Shown here piece by piece: positions 49,740-60,184 of a stretch of DNA of 64,000 nucleotides (its first letter is position 1; each line of letters opens with the position of its first letter). Origin of the DNA: Bdellovibrionales bacterium (GTDB taxonomy: Bacteria; Bdellovibrionota; Bdellovibrionia; Bdellovibrionales; CAYMLA01); contig OZ244239.1 in the NCBI GenBank assembly GCA_965217115.1, positions 416,001-480,000 on the forward strand, given 5' to 3'. The notes beneath the pieces were generated by a model that saw nothing but the letters and a program-made list of their open reading frames with translations, ran no database searches and was not told the DNA's origin. Position numbers and translations under genes: made by a program.

Positions 49740-51026
49740 GTGAAATTAAATTCAAGATCTCATGCTGCACCAGTGGCATTATTAACAGGGGTGCTGCTCG
49801 CAACACTGATTGTTCAAGGCAGTTTTGCACGGACAACTAAACCTAAATCCATAACAGAGATTCTCGATCTCGCCTATCGAAATAACCCATCCATTGCGGC
49901 CGCCGCACACGCTGTTGATGCTGAGAAATCCTTAATCACATCCATGGCCACTCCAAATGATCCCGTTATTGGAGTCTCAACACTCGATCGCAATGTCAGA
50001 ACACGGTATGCAACGATCAATCAAAAGCTAAGGTTCCCCATAAAGTACTACCTTCAGGCTAAAGCCCAGAGCAGTAAGGCTAAGAGCACTCAATCAAAGT
50101 TAAATATGGCAAAGCTCAAAGTTCGAGAAAAAATCACCTCCCTGTACTACTCAATTTATTCAGCTCAGAAAATTATTCAACTCACCGAAACCCATACGCA
50201 GGCTGTGAAAGGATTTGCACGGGTGGCTGAAAAAAAATATGCCGCAGGAAAATCTCCACAGAGAGACTCTATGAAAGCACACTTTGAATTAACCAGATTA
50301 GAGCTGGATCTCATACGCTTAAAACAACAGGAGCAAACTCTGCAGGATAAACTAAAATCTGTTCTCAATGATTCATCATTTGATCGTCTTAACTTAAACA
50401 ATAGTGTGCTTCCTACTCCAAAGCTCATTGCAAATGATATTTCTAATTCAGAGGGACTCTCCGCCCTAAAAAGAAAATTTCCAAAGATAATAGAACAAAC
50501 TCATTTGTTAAGAGAAACTGAGTATAAAAGCTCTCTTGCTCATTGGGAGTATCTTCCTGATTTACAACTCCAATATCAACAACGAGTCTCAGGAGAGCCA
50601 GAAGATTCAAAAATTTACTCCATTGGCATAACCATTCCACTATGGTTTTGGAAAAAAAGCTCTGAAGCCTCCATTGCCTCATCAAGAAGAATGGTTCAAA
50701 AATCCTATCTCGCAAGCATAACCCAGGAGGTTACTGCCAAAGTAAAAGAGCTCAATGGAAAAGTTCAGGTTGGAGTAAAAACTTTAAATATTTATAAAAC
50801 AAGTCTTATTCCTCTAGCACAGGGGGCCTACAATTCAACTCGTGCAGCCTATCGTGCCAACAAAACATCTTTCTTAGATCTTCTCGATAGCAAAAGATCA
50901 CTCTATCGAGTCAAAATAAATTTCTATCAATCACTGCAACTATACGTTGAGAGTTTAAGCCAATTAGAAACACGTCTAGGCTTTACAGCTTCAACTTTTG
51001 AAATTAAAAATGGGGTGCCAAAATGA
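49740..51026 (+). CDS. TolC-family outer membrane efflux protein (CusC/CzcC-like)
   Basis: Outer-membrane efflux protein (OEP) repeats, GITIPLWF, FLDLLD; operon context. Confidence 0.88.
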   Translation: MKLNSRSHAAPVALLTGVLLATLIVQGSFARTTKPKSITEILDLAYRNNPSIAAAAHAVDAEKSLITSMATPNDPVIGVSTLDRNVRTRYATINQKLRFPIKYYLQAKAQSSKAKSTQSKLNMAKLKVREKITSLYYSIYSAQKIIQLTETHTQAVKGFARVAEKKYAAGKSPQRDSMKAHFELTRLELDLIRLKQQEQTLQDKLKSVLNDSSFDRLNLNNSVLPTPKLIANDISNSEGLSALKRKFPKIIEQTHLLRETEYKSSLAHWEYLPDLQLQYQQRVSGEPEDSKIYSIGITIPLWFWKKSSEASIASSRRMVQKSYLASITQEVTAKVKELNGKVQVGVKTLNIYKTSLIPLAQGAYNSTRAAYRANKTSFLDLLDSKRSLYRVKINFYQSLQLYVESLSQLETRLGFTASTFEIKNGVPK

Positions 51027-52150
51027 AAAATAAAATGATCGCTCTAATGATTATTCTCACGACAATAGGCTTTGGTTCTTGGTGGTTTTTTAACCAAGGT
51101 CATCAAACAAATCACCGTGGGCACCAACACGGCAGGGTGAAAAAAACATCCAAATACCTCTGCTCCATGCATCCGCAAATCATAGAGAACAATCCTGGAA
51201 AATGTCCTATCTGTGGAATGACCCTTGTCCCTATAGAAGACAATCACGAAAAAGAGAATGACCCTGCCAAAAAGAGTCCAAACCATTCTAATCACCAAGA
51301 AAAATTTCCAGATGGTCATGTTAATTTCATCCTCTCTTCAGAGAAACAACAAATGATCGGAATTAAAATCACACAGGCAAAAAGGAAAAAACTCTTCAAA
51401 TCCATTCGTGCACCAGGGAGAATCGCCTTTGATCCAGATCTCTACACCGCTCAGAGTGAGTACTTAGAAGCCCTCAAACAATGGCGAAATGTGAAACACT
51501 CCCCTATCTCCGCCGTAAAAGAAAACATAAAACAAATGATTCGTTCATCGAGAATTCGCTTAAAAGTTCTAGGACTCTCCAACGGTCAGATAAAAGCACT
51601 TGCAAAGAAAGGCTCTCAATCTGAAGGGCTTTTAGTCAGTGGAAAAGAGCAGGATAATTGGGTCTATGCAGACGTCTTTGAAGTGGATTTGCCCTACCTC
51701 AAAAAAGGTCTCTCTGCCCAGATAACGGCAAAATTCCTACAAGGGAAAATCTTGCACGGAAAAATTATATCTGTAGATCAAATCATTAACCCTGAAACTA
51801 GAACAGCAAAAGTCAGAATTCAACTTATGAAAACCGATGCCTCCATACGCCCAGAATCCTACGTGAATATTACTATTTCCGCTCCAGTGGGCGAGCACAT
51901 CGCTGTTCCATTAGAAGCTATAATGGATACTGGAAGAGAATCTTTTGTCTTTATAAAAAAAGGACAGGGGCAATTCAAACCTAGAAGGGTGAATGTTCTT
52001 CTAGAAACTGATAACGAAGCCGCCGTGACTGGCAGTGTGATGCCCGGTGAGGAAGTTGTTGTCGGTGGAAATTTTATGCTCGACTCCGAATCACGTTTAA
52101 AATCTGTCATTCAAGAGGGTACTAGCTACAATGAAACAATCACTAAATAG
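51023..52150 (+). CDS. cusB: RND periplasmic adaptor with heavy-metal-binding domain
   Basis: YLCSMHPQI...GKCPICGMTL, TRTAKVRI, FMLDSESRL. Confidence 0.88.
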   Translation: MKNKMIALMIILTTIGFGSWWFFNQGHQTNHRGHQHGRVKKTSKYLCSMHPQIIENNPGKCPICGMTLVPIEDNHEKENDPAKKSPNHSNHQEKFPDGHVNFILSSEKQQMIGIKITQAKRKKLFKSIRAPGRIAFDPDLYTAQSEYLEALKQWRNVKHSPISAVKENIKQMIRSSRIRLKVLGLSNGQIKALAKKGSQSEGLLVSGKEQDNWVYADVFEVDLPYLKKGLSAQITAKFLQGKILHGKIISVDQIINPETRTAKVRIQLMKTDASIRPESYVNITISAPVGEHIAVPLEAIMDTGRESFVFIKKGQGQFKPRRVNVLLETDNEAAVTGSVMPGEEVVVGGNFMLDSESRLKSVIQEGTSYNETITK

Positions 52151-52216
52151 GACTTAACGGCCCATGGAACTCAACCCATAGGCATTGGCCATAAGAACTA
52201 AATGAGGAACTAAACA

Positions 52217-55200
52217 ATGATTTTAAAAATAATTGATTTCTCTGCCAAAAACAAATTCATCACACTCTTTGGTGTAGCCATGCTCCTCATTGGTGGTTGG
52301 CTCAGCATGAAACAAATTCCCATCGATGCAATCCCCGATCTCTCGGACACTCAAGTCATTGTCTATTCAAAATGGAACGTCAGTCCAGGTATCATAGAAG
52401 ATCAAGTGACCTACCCCATAGTGAGCAGCCTTTTAGGGGTTCCAAAGATAAAAAACATCCGTGGGCTCTCGACCTTTGGAGCCTCCTATGTCTACGCCAT
52501 CTTTGAAGATGGCACCGACATCTACTGGGCCAGAGCCAGAGTCATGGAGTACTTATCAAAAGTAACTCCACAACTCCCCGAAGGAGTACAAACAGAGCTA
52601 GGTCCTGATGCCACAGGAGTGGGCTGGGTTTATCAATATGCCCTCAAAGACACCTCTGGGAAAAACTCCCTCGCGGAGCTAAGATCATTCCAAGATTGGT
52701 TCTTAAAATACCAGTTACAATCTATTTCTGGCGTGTCTGAAATAGCCTCCTTCGGTGGATTCGAAGAACAGTATCAAGTTCAAGTTAATCCAGAATCCTT
52801 AAGAGCCTACAACATCTCTCTGTCTAAAGTTATCAAGGCCATTGAACAAGGAAACAAACAAACTGGCGCACGAGTCATAGAATTCTCTGGAACAGAGTAC
52901 ATGATACGAGCAAAGGGATACGTCAAGAACCGTCACGATATCGAGAACACAGTGGTCGGTGTCAATAAGAATGGGGTTCCTATTTATGTAAAAAACATTG
53001 CCAAGGTCGCAAAAGGTCCAGAGATTAGACGAGGCCTTGGAGATTTAAACGGCTTAGGCGATGCCGTCGGTGGTATTGTCGTCATTCGCTTTGGCGAGAA
53101 TCCAAATCAAATCATTGAACGAGTTAAAAGTAAACTCAAAGAGTTAAAACCCTCTCTACCAGAGGGTCTCGAAATTGTCGAAACCTACAATCGCAGTGAT
53201 CTCATCAATAGATCAGTGAACACCCTAACCCATGAACTCATTGTTGAAATGATTGTGGTCGCCCTTATCATCATGATCTTTCTGCTTCACATTCCCAGTG
53301 CCTTGATTCCAATCATCACGCTTCCCACAGCCGTGATCATCTCCTTTATCTTTATCTACTTAACGGGAGTCTCGGCAAATATCATGTCCCTTGGAGGTAT
53401 CGCGATTGCCATTGGAGCCATGGTTGATGCTGCCATTGTTGTCGTAGAAAACTGTCATAAGAGAGTCGAGACGTGGCGCAAACAAGGACAGAAAGAACCT
53501 GTTAACAATGTTATCATCGATGCCATTAAGGAAGTTGGGCCTGCGAGTTTCTACTCTCTGCTTGTTATCGCAGTTTCGTTCTTGCCTATTTTCGTACTAG
53601 AAGCTCAAGAAGGAAGACTTTTTAAACCATTAGCCTACACAAAAACATTAACCATGATGATTGCCTCAGTTCTCTCCATCACACTCGTTCCAGCATTACT
53701 CATTGTCTTTACAAGAACAAAAGAACTCACAAAAGGGCCTACTTGGTTTACAAAATCAATCAATTTTATATTTTCTTCAAACACTCCCTCTGAAGAGAAC
53801 CATCCCATAAGTAGAGTTTTGTTCAGACTGTATACACCCGTCGTTGATTGGGTCGTAGACAACAGAAAAAAAGTCGTTGCTATTGCCATGTTAATGGTTC
53901 TTACAACAGTTCCTATTTATTTTAAATTAGGCTCTGAGTTTATGCCCCCCTTAGATGAGGGGACAATTCTCTATATGCCGATAACTATGCCAGGTATTTC
54001 GACCACAGAGGCTCAAGATCTTTTACAAAAACAAGATACGATTTTAAAAAGCTTCCCCGAAGTGGCTAGCGTTCATGGCAAAGCAGGACGGGCCAATACC
54101 GCCACAGACCCCGCTCCTCTCTCAATGATGGAAACAGTTGTTGTCTTAAAAAACCCTGATCAATGGCCGAGAGTGGATCGATGGTATTCTTTTTTACCCG
54201 ATTTCTTAGAGTGGCCATTTCGAATGATCACTCCTAATCACCTGACCTCAGATGAATTAATACGGAAAATGAATAAAGAAATGAACTTCCCTGGGCTCAT
54301 TAATGCATGGACTTTTCCAATAAAAGGAAGAATAGACATGCTCACCACTGGTATCAGAACTCCCATAGGAATCAAAGTCTCGGGATCAGATTTAAAAGAA
54401 ATTGAGCGGATTGGAATTCATCTTGAAAAAATCATCAGTCATATTAAAGGCACACGAAGTGTTTTTGCAGAACGCGTGGTTGGAGGCTTTTTCTTTGATT
54501 TTAATTTTAACCGCGAAGCCTTAGCTCGACACGGAATATCCATCAAACAAGCCCAAGAAACCTTAGCCACGGCACTTGGTGGAAAAAATGCTGCAACGAC
54601 CGTAGAAGGCAGAGAGCGTCACTCCGTCAATGTTCGTTACGCCAGAGCGTTTAGACAGAACAAAGAAGACATTCGCCGTATTCTCTTAGATTCTTCCAAG
54701 GGGTACCAAATTCCACTCTCAGAAGTGGCAGATATCCAACTCTCAAACGGGCCAGGCATAATTAGAAATGATAATGGTTTGTTAACTGGATATGTACACG
54801 TCGATATTGAGAACTCTGACGTAGGGCGCTTTGTTGAACAAGCCAAAAAAATAGTGAACGAAAAGCTCACCCTTCCCTCTGGATACTCTCTCACGTGGAG
54901 CGGTCAGTACGAAAGTATCGTGCGAGTTAAGGAAAAATTAAAAATCGTTCTTCCTCTCACTCTGTTGATTATTATCATGTTGATTTATCTCAATACGAAA
55001 TCTGCTATTAAAACCTCCATTATTCTGTTAGCCATTCCATTTTCTTCGATCGGTGCCTTCTGGCTTCTCTATCTGCTTGGCTACAATATGAGTATCGCCG
55101 TCTGGGTGGGACTTATTGCCCTCTTGGGAGTTGATGCCGAAACAGCCATTTACATGCTTCTCTACCTTGATCTGTCCTACGAAAAGAAAAGGAAAACAGG

Positions 55201-55489
55201 CGAGATGAAGAACTTTAGTGATTTAAAAGAGGCCATTCATCAAGGAGCTGTTAAGCGAATCCGTCCTAAAATGATGACAGTCCTAACCACGTTTATAGCC
55301 CTCTTGCCAGTACTGTGGGCTAGCACAACCAACAGTGGCGCGGACGTGATGAAACGGATGGTCGCCCCCATGGTGGGAGGAATTTGCACATCATTTCTTT
55401 TAGAGCTTCTTGTCTATCCAGCGATTTTTGCACTCTGGAAAGAATGGGAACTTAAACGGTCACTTACTTATGAGTCAATGGGACATTAA
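52217..55489 (+). CDS. cusA: CusA/CzcA family Cu/Ag RND permease
   Basis: DAIPDLSDTQVIV, GPDATGVGWVYQY, MSLGGIAIAIGAMVDAA, EFMPPLDEG..LYMP, DPAPLSMME. Confidence 0.93.
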   Translation: MILKIIDFSAKNKFITLFGVAMLLIGGWLSMKQIPIDAIPDLSDTQVIVYSKWNVSPGIIEDQVTYPIVSSLLGVPKIKNIRGLSTFGASYVYAIFEDGTDIYWARARVMEYLSKVTPQLPEGVQTELGPDATGVGWVYQYALKDTSGKNSLAELRSFQDWFLKYQLQSISGVSEIASFGGFEEQYQVQVNPESLRAYNISLSKVIKAIEQGNKQTGARVIEFSGTEYMIRAKGYVKNRHDIENTVVGVNKNGVPIYVKNIAKVAKGPEIRRGLGDLNGLGDAVGGIVVIRFGENPNQIIERVKSKLKELKPSLPEGLEIVETYNRSDLINRSVNTLTHELIVEMIVVALIIMIFLLHIPSALIPIITLPTAVIISFIFIYLTGVSANIMSLGGIAIAIGAMVDAAIVVVENCHKRVETWRKQGQKEPVNNVIIDAIKEVGPASFYSLLVIAVSFLPIFVLEAQEGRLFKPLAYTKTLTMMIASVLSITLVPALLIVFTRTKELTKGPTWFTKSINFIFSSNTPSEENHPISRVLFRLYTPVVDWVVDNRKKVVAIAMLMVLTTVPIYFKLGSEFMPPLDEGTILYMPITMPGISTTEAQDLLQKQDTILKSFPEVASVHGKAGRANTATDPAPLSMMETVVVLKNPDQWPRVDRWYSFLPDFLEWPFRMITPNHLTSDELIRKMNKEMNFPGLINAWTFPIKGRIDMLTTGIRTPIGIKVSGSDLKEIERIGIHLEKIISHIKGTRSVFAERVVGGFFFDFNFNREALARHGISIKQAQETLATALGGKNAATTVEGRERHSVNVRYARAFRQNKEDIRRILLDSSKGYQIPLSEVADIQLSNGPGIIRNDNGLLTGYVHVDIENSDVGRFVEQAKKIVNEKLTLPSGYSLTWSGQYESIVRVKEKLKIVLPLTLLIIIMLIYLNTKSAIKTSIILLAIPFSSIGAFWLLYLLGYNMSIAVWVGLIALLGVDAETAIYMLLYLDLSYEKKRKTGEMKNFSDLKEAIHQGAVKRIRPKMMTVLTTFIALLPVLWASTTNSGADVMKRMVAPMVGGICTSFLLELLVYPAIFALWKEWELKRSLTYESMGH

Positions 55490-55537
55490 TATGCAACTGA
55501 TGACTCAGGGGTCGAAACAAAATCTAGAGGCCTTCAA

Positions 55538-56137
55538 TTATCGACAAGGTTTTTTGAAAACTAGATTATGGCAAATCTGCCCTCTATCTAAATACTTTTT
55601 CTCAAAGTGAGTTCTTGCTTTGCAATTGTTCTCTATCTTTATCCATTCACATAGTTCTAGCTTCCAAAGATTCACCAGCTTATCAACAACCTCTTCGGCG
55701 TAAAAAAGCTCATTGGTCGCCAAAGTCAGGGTTCCTCCGATCGTCATCGTTGAAATCAAATGCTCCATAAAAGGCATATTAGCAAAACGCAAATTTGCGT
55801 GCTTACCTTTAGGATATGGATTCGGATACAGAATAAAATATTTTTCTACACTTTTAGGGGGTATGTAATGGCTAATCCAAGCAATCGCATCACCATGGAT
55901 GGGTAACAGGTTTTCAATTTCTTGATGATTTCCATGACGTCTCTGAAACTTGGCAAACTTATTTTTTGTTCTCTCAAAAGCAATTAATTTCCTTTCTGGA
56001 TGCTGACCGCTGTACTGAATCGCATGAAGTCCCACTCCTGCGCCTATCTCAATATTCACAGGCCAAGGCAATTCACCTTTGCTTAAACTATTTTCCGCCT
56101 CTGGCCGAGGAATTTCTGAAAATAAAAAGTGTCTCAT
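55538..56137 (-). CDS. trmB: tRNA (guanine-N7)-methyltransferase-like protein
   Basis: IEIGAGVG, YPNPYPK, ATN, THFEKKY. Confidence 0.8.
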   Translation of the reverse strand: MRHFLFSEIPRPEAENSLSKGELPWPVNIEIGAGVGLHAIQYSGQHPERKLIAFERTKNKFAKFQRRHGNHQEIENLLPIHGDAIAWISHYIPPKSVEKYFILYPNPYPKGKHANLRFANMPFMEHLISTMTIGGTLTLATNELFYAEEVVDKLVNLWKLELCEWIKIENNCKARTHFEKKYLDRGQICHNLVFKKPCR

Positions 56138-56224
56138 CTTATAAAAACACGCCCCATTAGTTACAATCAGTGGTTGCAGTCAGTGACTACAATCATTGGT
56201 TGCAAATAGAATGTCGATCCTCTT

Positions 56225-57388
56225 TTAATCTACTCTCTTGATTTTCATCACAATACCAAGAGCTATCGCTAATGGAGCTGCCACCACTGAAAACAATGCC
56301 CCCATCTTTGCCGCCCCCTGAAGATCTAAATTGGAATAGGCCTCACCTGATACAAAGAGGGCCACTGTCAAACCAAGGCCGGCAATCACCCCTGCAATCA
56401 TTAAACTCTTAATATTCATCCCAGCAGGAAGTTTAAACCCTAGCACATGGCCTAAATAACCAAAGAACGTGATCCCTAAAGTTTTACCTATAATCAGCGA
56501 ACCCAAAATAATTAATGTCACATGATTCATATTTGAGAATAAAACTCCCCCATTAGCCAAACCAAAACCAAAGAGTCCAACATCAACAAACCTCTTGTAC
56601 TTATGTTCAAAAGAAATCAGCGTTGAGTTTCCACGATGAACTTCATTATCTGTCGGCATAAAAGGAATAATAAACACCAGAGCCAAGGCAGGATGTAAAT
56701 GGGCCATAATCAAACCCAACCAAGACAAACCTCCTCCGATAAGAAGGTAATAGCCCATCTTTTCAACAGATTTTTTTCGCATAAGAAAGGAGATAAACAT
56801 TCCCAGCAACACCAGGACTAAATAATAAATTTCCACAGGGTGAACTGGATCTGGATAGAACACAGCGATAATTCCCAAACCAATTGCATCATCAGCCACC
56901 GCCAATAACAACAGGTAAGACACCGCTGGATGTTTCGCTCCAAAAACCAAACGCGCTACTAACCAGGCCAAGGCAATATCAGTCGCTGTCGGAATTCCCC
57001 AACCATTTAAAATATCCTCTCGACTTATGGACTCCGTTAATAATTCATTAATAGGTAAGATATTACACAGAACGAAGAACGCAGCCACTGGCCCAAACAC
57101 ACCGCCCAAAGTTCCTAAAAGAGGATTTACAGCCTTGGAGATGGGGTTCAAAGGCCCCCCTGGTAAAACCGCTTGCATGATCTCTACCGCCGCAATACCA
57201 AAAAACAAAACCATAAACAGGTCATTCACCAAGAAATGAAAATTTATTTCGTGACCTAATATTTTCAAGCCACCCAATACGGAGTGATGGAGAAAAGCGT
57301 GATAGGACCCAGCCCCTAAATTTGCCCATAATAGAGCGACAAAGACCCCTAATATTAAGAATGCAGAGTACTCCTGCATAAGCTCCAT
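56225..57388 (-). CDS. nhaA: Na+/H+ antiporter NhaA (start uncertain)
   Basis: VNDLFMVLFF, GWGIPTATDIA, LAVADD, GKTLGI. Confidence 0.92.
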   Translation of the reverse strand: MELMQEYSAFLILGVFVALLWANLGAGSYHAFLHHSVLGGLKILGHEINFHFLVNDLFMVLFFGIAAVEIMQAVLPGGPLNPISKAVNPLLGTLGGVFGPVAAFFVLCNILPINELLTESISREDILNGWGIPTATDIALAWLVARLVFGAKHPAVSYLLLLAVADDAIGLGIIAVFYPDPVHPVEIYYLVLVLLGMFISFLMRKKSVEKMGYYLLIGGGLSWLGLIMAHLHPALALVFIIPFMPTDNEVHRGNSTLISFEHKYKRFVDVGLFGFGLANGGVLFSNMNHVTLIILGSLIIGKTLGITFFGYLGHVLGFKLPAGMNIKSLMIAGVIAGLGLTVALFVSGEAYSNLDLQGAAKMGALFSVVAAPLAIALGIVMKIKRVD

Positions 57389-57624
57389 AAATGAGCGACG
57401 GTTTGATTTATTAATAAGGCAACCCCTTCTTAAAAGTTTACTCCTAGCTACACAATAGTCATGAGAATGGCAAATCGGCGGATAAAAGTCTTGATGCGAT
57501 TGGTCACTCACTCTGTTCACTTCTCATATCCATAAAAACTGCTATAAGTCATCTAACTAAAATTTGAATCTTAGCTGCACATATTTGTACGAATCTATAC
57601 ACTTTAATTAGGGAGTTAATATTT

Positions 57625-58782
57625 ATGACCGATGCACGCCCTGCGCTCACAACCTTATCTGAAGACGAAATCGCTTTTCGTGATGCTATCCGCAGTTTTG
57701 CTGAATCAGAGATCAAACCCCTTGTCTCAAAGATGGACGAAGAAGCCAAAATGGATTCCACCCTTCTATCAAAGCTCTTTGAAATGGGCATTATGGGTAT
57801 AGAGACCCCTGAAGAATTTGGCGGAGCTGAAGCCAGTTTCACCCTCGCCTGCATCGCCGTTGAAGAGTTGGCACGTATTGATGCCTCCGTCAGCGTTCTC
57901 CTAGATGTTCAAAACACACTTGTCACCAACGCATTTTTACGTTGGGGAACACAGGCGCAGAAACAAAAGTATCTGACTAAAATGTCCAGTGAATGGATCG
58001 GAGCCTTTGCCCTGTCTGAGAGCATCAGTGGCTCAGATGCTTTCGCCTTAAAACTCCGTGGCGAAGACAAAGGAGATAAGTATATCTTAAACGGTCATAA
58101 ACTATGGATCACTAATGGCAATGAGGCCAGTGTTTTCCTTGTCTTTGCCAATATCAATCCCGATGAAGGATACAAAGGCATCACAGCCTTTATTGTCGAA
58201 AAAGATTTCCCCGGTTTCACAGTCGGAAAAAAAGAAGATAAACTAGGCATTCGCGCCAGCTCCACCTGCGAACTTATTTTTGAAAATTGTGAAGTTCCAA
58301 AAGAAAATGTCATTGGAGAGATCGGTAAAGGCTATAAAATCGCCATTGAAACTCTCAATGAGGGACGTGTCGGAATCGGCGCACAGATGATCGGTATCGC
58401 TCAAGGAGCCTATGAAGCTGCATTAAAATACACCAAAGATCGTGAGCAATTTGATAAACCCATTAGCAAATTCCAAGGAGTGCAATTTCAATTGGCAGAA
58501 ATGCGCACTGACCTTGAAGCCGCTCGTCTTATGGTCTACAACGCCGCTCGTTTGAAAGATGCCAATGAAGATTTTATTCAAGAAGCCGCCATGGCTAAAC
58601 TCCACTCTTCCCGCGTCGCTGAAAAAATCAGCTCCATGGCCGTTGATCTTTTTGGTGGCAATGGCTTTAGCAAGGAGTACCCCGTCGAAAAATTCTACCG
58701 CGATGCCAAGATCGGCCAAATCTACGAAGGCACCTCAAACATGCAACTACAAACCATCGCAAAAATGGAACTCGCCAAATAA
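57625..58782 (+). CDS. Short/branched-chain acyl-CoA dehydrogenase
   Basis: FALSE..SGSDA, LNGHKLWITN, KLGIRASST, REQF, YRDAKIGQIYEGTSN. Confidence 0.95.
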   Translation: MTDARPALTTLSEDEIAFRDAIRSFAESEIKPLVSKMDEEAKMDSTLLSKLFEMGIMGIETPEEFGGAEASFTLACIAVEELARIDASVSVLLDVQNTLVTNAFLRWGTQAQKQKYLTKMSSEWIGAFALSESISGSDAFALKLRGEDKGDKYILNGHKLWITNGNEASVFLVFANINPDEGYKGITAFIVEKDFPGFTVGKKEDKLGIRASSTCELIFENCEVPKENVIGEIGKGYKIAIETLNEGRVGIGAQMIGIAQGAYEAALKYTKDREQFDKPISKFQGVQFQLAEMRTDLEAARLMVYNAARLKDANEDFIQEAAMAKLHSSRVAEKISSMAVDLFGGNGFSKEYPVEKFYRDAKIGQIYEGTSNMQLQTIAKMELAK

Positions 58783-58784
58783 CC

Positions 58785-59031
58785 CTCTCCCCACGATCCT
58801 CAAAGAGCAAGCCCTTCCAGCGATGCTCGAAGAGCAAGCCTTCCTTCCCTGCCTTCCTGCCTTCCTTACCTCCCCACCTCGCTGTTCCCAGTCAAGCGCA
58901 GATTTCAAAGCCTGTTTTTTAAATGGATCTTTGTTATTTAAGCGAGTTCGGATTGGTGCGATGCTCGCTTCAGCGAGCGCCGCTGCCAAACGAATGTCTG
59001 AGCTTAAATAATAAAGATCCATTTAAAAAAC
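58785..59031. repeat. Long-hairpin element copy F (58914-59031) with C-rich tail on its left
   Basis: Reverse-complement orientation of the B-D core; different outer stem and short apical loop. Confidence 0.92.
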
Positions 59032-59165
59032 CTCCCTTTGAAAATTTTTCCCATCTTTTTTACCTTATTTCACACTGTCCTATTTTTGTTTAGACCCAGC
59101 AAACACCCTATGTTACAGTGCGTCATTATAGGTGCTTTAACTTTAACCATTGCAAGGAGAATAAA

Positions 59166-59759
59166 ATGAAAAAACTTATACTATTAGTAGCTCTGATGTT
59201 TACATCAGCGACATTTGCAGGAGGAGCTGCAGGCTTTTCTGTTGAGATTCTGAGTGTTTTAAAAAAAATCATGGTGGGGAAAAAGTCAGGGAACCTCACG
59301 ACACGACAGTCTTCAAGTGCAAATAAGGCTATAGAAGCTTCTTCAAGACTTGAAGGAGATGAAGTTATTGTAAACTTGTCTAAGGGACTTAATATTGACG
59401 AGCTACTTAAAGTAGAGGTTAACGCTCGTGGATGGAGCCAGATATCTGTGGAACTTTCTCACATGGGGCCTTCGGTAATAACTCAATTTTCATTAAAATC
59501 CATTGACAGCCTAGTCAAAAAAATTGTGAAATCTCACAAACTTCGTCCTGTCAGTATCATAAATAATAAGCGCCTTGACCCAAAGACTCTTTACAGCACT
59601 ACTAATAAGGACTTTACATATAATTTAGATATATCTAATGGTGGGTCTACTGTAAAACTCTCAACCTCATACCAAAATGAGATGATAGTAGGAAAAATTA
59701 TAGAAAACATCGGGTTCAACTTGGAAAAGTTTGCAGCCTCAGCAGCAGCTTTACTCTAA
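59166..59759 (+). CDS. Secreted hypothetical protein
   Basis: AAGGAG RBS, signal peptide MKKLILLVALMFTSATFA. Confidence 0.75.
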   Translation: MKKLILLVALMFTSATFAGGAAGFSVEILSVLKKIMVGKKSGNLTTRQSSSANKAIEASSRLEGDEVIVNLSKGLNIDELLKVEVNARGWSQISVELSHMGPSVITQFSLKSIDSLVKKIVKSHKLRPVSIINNKRLDPKTLYSTTNKDFTYNLDISNGGSTVKLSTSYQNEMIVGKIIENIGFNLEKFAASAAALL

Positions 59760-60184
59760 TTGTTGAGCCTTAAAGACTAGAAGGAGTTAGGTCAGTATGT
59801 GCTATTATCACTTACTCCTCTCTAGTCTTATATTGTAAAAACTAGCGCCACTGAGTATCAATACCAAAAAGATAAAAGATGTAACATTGGTGCTTTTTGG
59901 TATACATGTAAAAAAAAACAGTGCCTATCAAGAAAAGAAACGGGAAAGTTCCTTTTCTTTCAATAGATACTACTCCGGGAGATGATGGGGCTCTAACTTG
60001 TAAAAATTAAATGCCTCTCTAAAATAGCTCCCATAGAATAAGTTGAACTGATTTTTTTGGTGGCGATGGCTTTAGCAAGGAGTGCTCCGTAACTATTATG
60101 AAGATGACCAGAACCGCCCTTAATACTCATCTTAAAAACAAGTTCACTTCCTTGAACTAAAAAAATAAAAAGGCCACCAAAGTG

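Noticed and set aside
56160..56205. Short direct repeat TACAATCA(G/T)TGGTTGCA between nhaA and trmB
   Set aside because: Only two copies; cannot distinguish an operator from a slippage duplication.
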